NCBI GenBank assembly: GCA_949289505.1
Contig: CASEOP010000048.1
Span: 1-39,797, forward strand
DNA: 39,797 nt
Reading direction: 5' to 3'
Origin: an uncultured Mycoplasmatota bacterium
GTDB taxonomy: Bacteria; Bacillota_I; Bacilli_A; RF39; UBA660
The notes below the pieces were generated by a model, which was not told the origin of the DNA, did no database searches, and worked only from the letters and a program-made list of their open reading frames with translations. A program made the position numbers and the translations under genes. Below are positions 27,625-35,416 of this stretch, piece by piece. Position 1 is the stretch's first letter; each line of letters begins with the position of its first letter.

Positions 27625-29428
27625 ATCTATTACCTCTAAAACGATCTTTAGGATCAAGTATTTTTTTTCTAAGTCTAATATCAGTAGGTGTTACTTCAAC
27701 TAATTCATCATCTTCAATAAATTCTAATGCTTCTTCTAAAGTAAATTTTTTAGGTTTAGTAAGATTTATAGCTTCATCACTACCACTAGCTCTTGTGTTA
27801 GTTAAATTTTTATTTTTACAAGGATTTACATCTAAATCATTGTCTCTATTATGAATACCAATAATCATACCCACATAAACTTCTGTCGCTGGCTCAATAA
27901 TTAAAGTTCCTCTATCTTCTAAATTCCATAGTGAATAACCTAAAGCTTTACCATTTTCCATAGAAACTAAAACACCATTTTTTCTTCTAGCTATAGCTCC
28001 TACATAAGGCTTATAGTCATAAAAACTTCTAACCATAACTCCCTCACCTTTAGTGTTAGTAATAAAAGAACTACGATATCCAATTAAACCTCTAGTAGGT
28101 GCTAAAAACTCTAAATGAACATAACTATTTTCATCATTATTTGTAATAACTTCCAAAAGAGCTTTTCTCTCTTGTAAATCATTAATAACTGTTCCTGAAT
28201 AATCACTAGGAACATTTATAATTACTTTTTCAAAAGGTTCATATTTTTTACCATCACGTTCTTCAAATAAAACTTCAGGTTTAGAAACCGAAAGTTCATA
28301 TCCTTCTCTACGCATATTTTCGAGTAAAATAGATAAATGTAATTCTCCACGACCACTAACCTTAAAGCCATCAGTACCATCTAATTCTTCTACTACTAGC
28401 CCAACGTTAGTTTGTAATTCTTTAAGAAGTCTATCTTTAATATGACGCGTAGTTAAAAACTTACCACTTTTACCTGCAAACGGAGATGAGTTAACTAAGA
28501 AATTCATTGCTAAAGTAGGCTTTTCAATATGAATAGGTGGCAGAGGATTAATAACTCCCTTTTCACAAATAGTATCACCAATTGAAATATCAGCACAACC
28601 TGCAATCGTAACAATATCACCAAAATAAGCAATATCTTTTTCTACTCTTTTAATACCTTCATTAACAAATAATTTGCTAATTCTAAATGACTCTTCTTTA
28701 CCATCATTTTTTATCAAAGTTACATATTCACCATTTTTAATTTTCCCTTTATTAATTCTACCAACCCCAAGTCTACCAATATATTCATCATAATCAAGAT
28801 TAGATATTTGAAGTTGTAAAGAATCATTTTCACTACCTTTAAATGGTTCCACTTGTTTTAAAATAATTTCTAATAAAGGTTCGATACTATTACTTTCACT
28901 AGTCATATCTAATTTAGCAATACCATCTTTAGCAATACCATAAACAATAGGGAAATCTAATTGTTCATCAGTAGCATTAAGCTCCATAAACAAATTAAAA
29001 GTCATATCAACTACTTCTAAAGGTCTAGCGTCTTTTTTATCAATTTTATTAATAAATAAAATTGGTTTTAAATTTTGCTCTAAAGCTTTACTTAAAACAA
29101 AACGAGTTTGAGGCATAGGCCCCTCTGAAGCATCTACAAGTAAAATAACCGTATCAACTGTTTTCATAATACGTTCAACTTCACTAGAAAAATCAGCATG
29201 TCCTGGAGTATCAACAATATTAATTTTGTAATCTTTATAACGTATAGCACAATTCTTTGAATAAATAGTAATACCACGTTCTTTTTCTAAGTCATTACTA
29301 TCCATAACTCTTTCTTGCATAACTTCATGTTCACTAAAAACTCCATTTTGTTCCAGCAAAGCATCAACTAAAGTAGATTTACCAGCATCAACATGAGCAA
29401 CCACAGCAATATTTATAATTTTCTCCAT
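27623..29428 (-). CDS. typA: Translational GTPase TypA/BipA
   Basis: G motifs [17 protein letters not shown] and NKID, with an EF-G-like domain order and a length of 601 aa. Confidence 0.93.
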   Translation of the reverse strand: MEKIINIAVVAHVDAGKSTLVDALLEQNGVFSEHEVMQERVMDSNDLEKERGITIYSKNCAIRYKDYKINIVDTPGHADFSSEVERIMKTVDTVILLVDASEGPMPQTRFVLSKALEQNLKPILFINKIDKKDARPLEVVDMTFNLFMELNATDEQLDFPIVYGIAKDGIAKLDMTSESNSIEPLLEIILKQVEPFKGSENDSLQLQISNLDYDEYIGRLGVGRINKGKIKNGEYVTLIKNDGKEESFRISKLFVNEGIKRVEKDIAYFGDIVTIAGCADISIGDTICEKGVINPLPPIHIEKPTLAMNFLVNSSPFAGKSGKFLTTRHIKDRLLKELQTNVGLVVEELDGTDGFKVSGRGELHLSILLENMRREGYELSVSKPEVLFEERDGKKYEPFEKVIINVPSDYSGTVINDLQERKALLEVITNNDENSYVHLEFLAPTRGLIGYRSSFITNTKGEGVMVRSFYDYKPYVGAIARRKNGVLVSMENGKALGYSLWNLEDRGTLIIEPATEVYVGMIIGIHNRDNDLDVNPCKNKNLTNTRASGSDEAINLTKPKKFTLEEALEFIEDDELVEVTPTDIRLRKKILDPKDRFRGNR

Positions 29429-29498
29429 AAAAATTGCTCCTTTCTTTTTAAAAGCTAGTATAGTTTACCACAAACTTATTTGTTTAACAAGACTCGAA

Positions 29499-30770
29499 TT
29501 AATAATTCCTTTGCAAATTAAATCCTTTTTCCCCAAATACAATATCATCGATCAAACTAGTAACAATAGTACAAGTTTGATTTTTATAAAACCCATAACT
29601 AATAATCTCATTTACTATTTCATCTTTAGCCTTTTCATTAACACATAAATCTAAAAAACTTCTGATAAAAACGCTACCTATAATCATATCTGCATATCTT
29701 TCTTCATTTACTTCACTATCTTTATAATTAAAACAATCAATTGTATCCCAAACAGTCAAATATAAAGCCATAAAAGAAGTATCAGTAAATTTATGTTGTT
29801 CTGGCATATTAATAGTAAAATCATCTATAGTACCATTTGCTAAAAAATATTCTTCAACCGAAGGCTGTATCGCCACCAACAAATATTTTTTCTTAATAAG
29901 TATATCTTTAATTCCCGTTTCACTAAAACGCTGAATAGTTTTATTAAATAAAATAGTAAAATATTTTAAAAAGAAACTAATTTCATCAAATAATTCTTCA
30001 TTATCCCTTACTTCAAAATCTATATCATCATCATATATATAATCATCAGGCATATAATCTAATAAACTATCATCATCAACATATTCCATATCTTCATTAA
30101 CTAATTGAAATAATTTTTCATACAACAAAGAATTAACTTGCTTTTTATTCTTTGAAAATAAAACAATATACCAATCAGCATTAATAAAATCACTATCATC
30201 ATCTAAAAGAAACATATTATTATAATAAGAAAAAATAACTTTTATTCTAGGCAAATCCTCCTGTCCCAAGCCAGAATATAACTTATCAAAGTAATTAATA
30301 AATTCTTTTAAAAATATAAAAGAAACCATATTATAACTTCCATTATTAACTTCTTGCTCAGCTAAAATCATATAATTTTTTATAATAGTCGCATTATAAT
30401 CAAACAAATCTTTATAATCACTAATTGGTACAGGTATATCTAAATCATTATATATATTAATGTTTTGTACTAAAGTATCTAAATTGTATATATCATCTTC
30501 GTCTAAATCCTTTTGTTTCAAACAATTAATATTTTCAATTGAATAAGATAATACACCATTATCAACCATAAAAATATCACCAAATTCAACTTCTATATTA
30601 TCTATTTCTTCTAAAAAAACCAAATCAGAAGTAATATCATAATTATTGCATACTAATTCTTGAAGAGTATAAAAAGCCTTTTCTAATTTATCATATTCAA
30701 TACTTAAACTTCCTGTACAATCATAATATAACTTAATAAGTTCATAAATCATAACTCCACTTTTCAACAT
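29499..30770 (-). CDS. Hypothetical, strongly acidic cytoplasmic protein (~423 aa)
   Basis: Long ORF with no TM segment and D/E-rich stretches (DDDSLLDYMPDDYIYDDDIDFEVRDNEELFDE). The ORF track starts at GTG 30779; ATG 30770 follows an AGGTGA RBS by 5 nt. Confidence 0.55.
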   Translation of the reverse strand: MLKSGVMIYELIKLYYDCTGSLSIEYDKLEKAFYTLQELVCNNYDITSDLVFLEEIDNIEVEFGDIFMVDNGVLSYSIENINCLKQKDLDEDDIYNLDTLVQNINIYNDLDIPVPISDYKDLFDYNATIIKNYMILAEQEVNNGSYNMVSFIFLKEFINYFDKLYSGLGQEDLPRIKVIFSYYNNMFLLDDDSDFINADWYIVLFSKNKKQVNSLLYEKLFQLVNEDMEYVDDDSLLDYMPDDYIYDDDIDFEVRDNEELFDEISFFLKYFTILFNKTIQRFSETGIKDILIKKKYLLVAIQPSVEEYFLANGTIDDFTINMPEQHKFTDTSFMALYLTVWDTIDCFNYKDSEVNEERYADMIIGSVFIRSFLDLCVNEKAKDEIVNEIISYGFYKNQTCTIVTSLIDDIVFGEKGFNLQRNY

Positions 30771-30810
30771 CTCAATCACCTATAAAAACATATTATAGCA
30801 GTGCCCTAAC

Positions 30811-30833
30811 AAAAAGTCCAGCCTAAGCTGGAC
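30811..30833 (-). terminator. Rho-independent terminator on the minus strand
   Basis: On the minus strand the sequence reads gtccagc-ttag-gctggac followed by ttttt (a plus-strand A-run at 30811-30815). Confidence 0.6.
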
Positions 30834-30960
30834 AAATAATGCCATAGTTTCTAGTACCAGAAAAGAAACGTCATTATCATATGTTTAGATAAATCAAGGA
30901 ATTAAACCGTTAAGAGTGGTGAGGAGACTTCTTATTAGTGTGAAAATATCTAATCCCTAC
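30811..30960 (-). ncRNA. Candidate ~150-nt small RNA or cis-regulatory leader of unknown family
   Basis: Minus-strand extended -10 TGTTATACT at about 30969-30977. The terminator hairpin lies about 150 nt downstream. A separate extended -10 TGCTATAAT (plus coordinates 30792-30800) sits between that terminator and the 426-aa gene. No known riboswitch or RNA family motif was recognised. Confidence 0.3.
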
Positions 30961-31092
30961 TATAAATAGTATAACACATAAAAATAATCTTGCATATCTA
31001 TACTAATGCATTTTTACTATAAAAATCAAATAGATAAACTATTGTTTTATCTATTAAAATATGCTATATTTAAAACCTAGGAGTGTAGAAAA

Positions 31093-33228
31093 ATGAATGA
31101 AGTAATTATTAAAAATATATGTCAAGAATTAAATATTAAAGAATACCAAGTAAAAAATACATTAGAATTATTAAGTGAAGGAGCAACTATACCTTTTATT
31201 GCTAGATACCGTAAAGAAAGAACTGGTGCCTTAGATGAAAATGAAATTAATAAAATAAACGAAGTATATACTTATGGCATAAACTTATTAAAAAGAAAAG
31301 AAGATGTTATCAGGTTAATAGATGAAAAAGGCTTACTTACTGACGAATTAAAAGAAAGTATAATGAATGCCCAAAAACTAATAGATGTAGAAGATTTATA
31401 TCGACCATTTAAGGAAAAGAAAAAAACAAAAGCAACGGAAGCTATAAAATTGGGTTTAGAGCCATTAGCTAAAGAAATATTTAGAGAAAATGCTAATATT
31501 TTAGAAGTTGCTAAAAAATATTTAAACGAAAAAGTAACAAGCCTAGATTTTGCCTTAGAGCAAGCCTGTTACATAGTAGCAGAAAATATTTCAGATAATG
31601 CTTATTTTCGTAAATATATAAGAAATAATATGTATAAAAATAGTATTTTAAAATCAAGTATAAAAAAGAATGCTAGTGATGAAACTAAAACTTATGAAAT
31701 ATACTACAATTATGAAATGAAATTCAAATGGATAAAACCACATCAATTATTAGCTATAAATCGTGGTGAAAAAGAAGGAATATTAAAAGTAAATTTAGAA
31801 AATCCAACTGATGAAATACCAAAGTATTTAGAAACAAAACTTATTCATAAAAATAATATAGAAACAACTAAACTATTAAAAGCTAGTATCAATGATGCTT
31901 TAAAAAGATTAATATTACCAAGTATTGAAAGAGAACTTAGAAGTGAAGCTACAGAAAAAGCTGAAGAACAAGCAATTCACAATTTTGGCATTAATCTAAG
32001 AAATTTATTAATGCAACCTCCAATTAAAAGCAAAACAGTTCTAGGTTTTGACCCAGCATTTAGAACAGGTTGCAAACTAGCTGTAATATCACCTACTGGA
32101 GAGCTATTACATATTGATGTTATATATCCCCATGAACCTAAAAATGATTATGTAGGTTCCAAAAATAAAATATTAGACTTAATAACTAAATATAATATTG
32201 ATATCATAGCCATAGGTAATGGAACAGCATCAAGAGAAAGTGAAGCATTTATAGCTAAAGTAATTAAGGAGGCAAATAAGTCCGTATCATATATAATAGT
32301 AAATGAAGCAGGTGCTAGTGTATATTCAGCCTCAAAACTTGCTCAAGAAGAATTTCCAAGCTTACATGTTGAAGAACGTAGTGCTGTATCTATTGCAAGA
32401 CGTTTAATCGACCCATTAAGTGAGTTAGTAAAAATTGATCCCAAAAGTATAGGGGTAGGTATGTATCAACATGATGTAACGCCAAAAAAACTTGATAGTG
32501 AACTAGAATTTGTTGTTTCAACTGCCGTAAACCAAGTAGGAGTAAATGTTAATACGGCCTCACGAGAGTTATTATCATATATTTCTGGCTTAAATAAAAA
32601 AATGATAGATAAATTAATAGAGTACAAAGAAAAAGCTGGCAAAATTCTTACTAGAAGTGAATTAGCTAAAGTATTTAGTGAGAAAGTATACGAGCAATCA
32701 ATAGGCTTTTTAAGAATACCTGATGCTAAAAATAATCTTGATAAAACAAGTATTCACCCCGAAAGTTATAATATAGCTAAAGAATTACTAAAAAAATATA
32801 ATTTAGAAGAAACTGACATAGGAACAGCCAAAATAAAAGAAATTCTTGAACCAATAAATGTTGAGGAAACATCAAAAGAACTAAACACTGACATATACAC
32901 CTTAGAAGATATCATAAAATCTTTAATAGCTCCATTAAGAGACCCAAGAGATGAATTAAATGCCCCAATACTTAAAAGTGATATCTTAACACTTGATGAT
33001 TTACGTATTGGTATGGAACTTGAAGGAACAGTTAGAAATGTTATTGACTTTGGAGCATTTATTGATATAGGACTAAAAAATGATGCTTTAGTTCACATAT
33101 CTGAGATAACAAACCAATTTATTAAACACCCTAGTGAAGTATTAAGTGTAGGGGATATTGTAAAATGTTATGTTTTAGGTATTGACAAAGACAAAAAAAG
33201 AGTATCCTTGACACTAAAAAATAATTAA
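31093..33228 (+). CDS. tex: Tex-like transcription accessory protein with S1 RNA-binding domain
   Basis: N-terminal Tex motif TIPFIARYRKERTGALDE, YqgF/RuvX-like core (VLGFDPAFRTGCKLAV), HhH region, and C-terminal S1 domain (GMELEGTVRNVIDFGAFIDIG...VHISE). Confidence 0.93.
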   Translation: MNEVIIKNICQELNIKEYQVKNTLELLSEGATIPFIARYRKERTGALDENEINKINEVYTYGINLLKRKEDVIRLIDEKGLLTDELKESIMNAQKLIDVEDLYRPFKEKKKTKATEAIKLGLEPLAKEIFRENANILEVAKKYLNEKVTSLDFALEQACYIVAENISDNAYFRKYIRNNMYKNSILKSSIKKNASDETKTYEIYYNYEMKFKWIKPHQLLAINRGEKEGILKVNLENPTDEIPKYLETKLIHKNNIETTKLLKASINDALKRLILPSIERELRSEATEKAEEQAIHNFGINLRNLLMQPPIKSKTVLGFDPAFRTGCKLAVISPTGELLHIDVIYPHEPKNDYVGSKNKILDLITKYNIDIIAIGNGTASRESEAFIAKVIKEANKSVSYIIVNEAGASVYSASKLAQEEFPSLHVEERSAVSIARRLIDPLSELVKIDPKSIGVGMYQHDVTPKKLDSELEFVVSTAVNQVGVNVNTASRELLSYISGLNKKMIDKLIEYKEKAGKILTRSELAKVFSEKVYEQSIGFLRIPDAKNNLDKTSIHPESYNIAKELLKKYNLEETDIGTAKIKEILEPINVEETSKELNTDIYTLEDIIKSLIAPLRDPRDELNAPILKSDILTLDDLRIGMELEGTVRNVIDFGAFIDIGLKNDALVHISEITNQFIKHPSEVLSVGDIVKCYVLGIDKDKKRVSLTLKNN

Positions 33229-33262
33229 AATAATTTTTTTCACAAAAAACACAAAAAAGTAT

Positions 33263-33291
33263 TGAAATAATAAAATTTTTTTGATATTATT
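33263..33291 (+). promoter_or_regulatory. Strong SigA-type promoter candidate for TasA-like paralog 2
   Basis: TTGAAA (33263-33268), 17-nt spacer ending in TGA (extended -10), TATTAT (33286-33291). The architecture is nearly identical to the promoter at 34756. Confidence 0.55.
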
Positions 33292-33320
33292 TTTACAGTA
33301 AAGGAGGTAAGACAATAGTT

Positions 33321-34034
33321 ATGGAAAAGAAGAACACAATTCTTTTGACAGTTATCGCTGTAGCAACATTATTAGTAGCAGTAGTAGGTGCAACATTTGC
33401 ATACTTCACAGCAACAAGTGCTCCTAATGATCCAAGCAATGCTAGTGCCGATGCTACGACTGCAAATATAGCATCAGTTAATGTAACTTCATCTGCTAAT
33501 CAAAAGGCTTACTTAGAATATCCGGGTGGTATTGCTGTATTAGGCGCTGGCGTACAAATTAAAAAAGACGCTGCATCAGCAGGAAGCACATCTACAGTAG
33601 CTTATAATGTAAATTTAACTTACACAAATGAGACTGCAACTAATTTGCAATACACAATTTATAGAGCTGAAAAAAATAATGAAGATTCAATAGCATTAGC
33701 TGATTTGGATGCATTATGCAGTTTAAGTGTATCTAATGTTGGAGGAGAAGACCAATATTCTTATACATGTACAAAAAATGCTGCCGCATTAGCCGCAAAC
33801 TATGGTACTAAAGTAGGAGAAACTGGTACACTAACAGCAGGTCAAACATCTCAAGAAATTTCAGTAAAAGCAGAAAGCTTTGATCTTGACAGTGAAGCTG
33901 CTATAAATAATTCATACTATTATTATGTAGTTGTAGAGTATCCTAATTCTGGTGACCAAAACGCAGATATGGGCGATGCAATAACATTAGATTTAGATGT
34001 AACACAAGCAACTGTTAGTACTGCAAAAGACTAA
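33321..34034 (+). CDS. Secreted TasA/camelysin-like protein with a SipW-type signal peptide (paralog 2, probable major subunit)
   Basis: Signal peptide KKNTILLTVIAVATLLVAVVGATFAYFTATS. The end of the body, YYYYVVVEYPNSGDQNADMGDAITLDLDVTQA, parallels the TasA C-terminal pattern ...QG....L.F.FEATQ. The gene has an AGGAGG RBS, its own promoter and its own terminator. Ala-rich composition and more GC-rich codons suggest high expression. Confidence 0.75.
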   Translation: MEKKNTILLTVIAVATLLVAVVGATFAYFTATSAPNDPSNASADATTANIASVNVTSSANQKAYLEYPGGIAVLGAGVQIKKDAASAGSTSTVAYNVNLTYTNETATNLQYTIYRAEKNNEDSIALADLDALCSLSVSNVGGEDQYSYTCTKNAAALAANYGTKVGETGTLTAGQTSQEISVKAESFDLDSEAAINNSYYYYVVVEYPNSGDQNADMGDAITLDLDVTQATVSTAKD

Positions 34035-34064
34035 AACTAATAATAGAAAAACTATTGAAAACCT

Positions 34065-34092
34065 AAAATCTATCATAAGATAGATTTTTTTT
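34065..34092 (+). terminator. Rho-independent terminator
   Basis: Stem aaaatctatc / gatagatttt with loop ataa, followed by a T-run. Confidence 0.7.
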
Positions 34093-34160
34093 GCAATAAA
34101 ATACTTTACAACCAAAAAGCTAGATATTTATAATTAAATGAATGAGGAGAAGAAGAAAAA

Positions 34161-34721
34161 ATGATATTTAACGATTATAATAATGCGTATGACGAATTTA
34201 TTGGTTCTTATCCACTAAATAATTGTAATAAAATAAGTGGTAACATTTTTGCACAAACATTAAGAAAATACATAAAAAATATTATAAATAATACCTATGA
34301 AGTAAGTGAACTTAATGTCTATATTAAAGGAAGTAATATAGAATGGGATATGTTAATACTAAAGAAAAATATAAGCAATAAAGAAAAAGCATATAATATT
34401 TTTAATCCTGAAAATGTAGTATGTGCTATAGAATTTAAAACTAGTGGATTAATGACTAGTAATATTACCTTTGTTCAAAATTATTTTAAAACGCGAATAG
34501 AAGAGTTGGAAAATTTAAACAAAGAAATAAAATTTGCTTATATATCTCTATGTGAAATACCAAAAATAATTGAATATTTAAAACTTAATTATAAGGATAA
34601 TTGTTTTTGGTTAATAGAAGGATATTATAGAAGTAGGAATAAATCAGATACTAAATTAAATGATTATATGGAATTAGAAATATATTTAAAAAATCTACTA
34701 TTAAATGTTGTTAAAATATAA
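34161..34721 (+). CDS. Hypothetical protein with a possible PD-(D/E)xK nuclease-like core
   Basis: 186-aa cytoplasmic-looking ORF. The candidate motif pair is IEWDMLIL (Asp on a hydrophobic strand) and, about 28 aa later, VCAIEFKTSG (E-x-K). The gene is extremely AT-rich compared with both flanking genes. Confidence 0.35.
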   Translation: MIFNDYNNAYDEFIGSYPLNNCNKISGNIFAQTLRKYIKNIINNTYEVSELNVYIKGSNIEWDMLILKKNISNKEKAYNIFNPENVVCAIEFKTSGLMTSNITFVQNYFKTRIEELENLNKEIKFAYISLCEIPKIIEYLKLNYKDNCFWLIEGYYRSRNKSDTKLNDYMELEIYLKNLLLNVVKI

Positions 34722-34755
34722 CATATAATTTTTTTATAAAAGAATTAAAAAGATA

Positions 34756-34784
34756 TTGAAAATAAGCTAATAATTTGATATGAT
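34756..34784 (+). promoter_or_regulatory. SigA-type promoter candidate for TasA-like paralog 3 plus the giant repeat protein
   Basis: TTGAAA (34756-34761), 17-nt spacer ending in TGA, TATGAT (34779-34784). It shares ATATTGAAAATAA...AATTTGATAT with the promoter at 33263. Confidence 0.5.
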
Positions 34785-34810
34785 TAAAACATAATATGGA
34801 GGTCTTATTA

Positions 34811-35383
34811 ATGAGCGTAACAAAGAAGAATATAATTTTATCAACCGTATTATGCTTTAGTATAGCTTTAATAGGTGTATCTTTTGCTTATTTTGCAAGT
34901 AGTGTTAACATTACAGGTAATGGTGCCTCAGTATCAGGCTCAACTGCCGATTTGATTAAAGTATCTTATGATGCTGGAAGTAGTATTCTAAGTTTAAATA
35001 ATGCAATTCCTGGGGATTTAGCATCTAAAGAGTTTAGTGTTAAAATCACCCCAACGGCTAACGAAAACAGTGCAACATATGCTATAGTATTAGATATTAG
35101 TAATAATACTTTTGAAAAATGTACAAATGCCACAAATGGTTGTATATTAAATGCAAACGAATTAACTTATACTTTAAAAGGTTCAGATGGTAGTACTTTA
35201 GCTAGTGGTGATTTAACTACTGCAAACGGAAAAATTACCCTTTTAAAAGAGACTAAAACTACTAGTGTTGAAACAACTTATAATTATACATTAGAAATTA
35301 ATTATGTAGATACAAATGCTAATCAAAATCATAATGCAAACAAAACTTTTAATGGTAATGTAAAGGTAGAATTTGCTGATTAA
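34811..35383 (+). CDS. Secreted TasA/camelysin-like protein with a SipW-type signal peptide (paralog 3)
   Basis: Signal peptide KKNIILSTVLCFSIALIGVSFAYFASS. The body carries NAIPGDLASKEFSVKIT (compare TasA PGD...F.F.N) and ends in NANQNHNANKTFNGNVKVEFAD. ATG 34811 follows GGAGG by 7 nt; the ATG at 34796 in the ORF track overlaps that RBS. Confidence 0.75.
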   Translation: MSVTKKNIILSTVLCFSIALIGVSFAYFASSVNITGNGASVSGSTADLIKVSYDAGSSILSLNNAIPGDLASKEFSVKITPTANENSATYAIVLDISNNTFEKCTNATNGCILNANELTYTLKGSDGSTLASGDLTTANGKITLLKETKTTSVETTYNYTLEINYVDTNANQNHNANKTFNGNVKVEFAD

Positions 35384-35416
35384 AACAATTAAATACAAAA
35401 GTAGGGAGTGTTCCAA

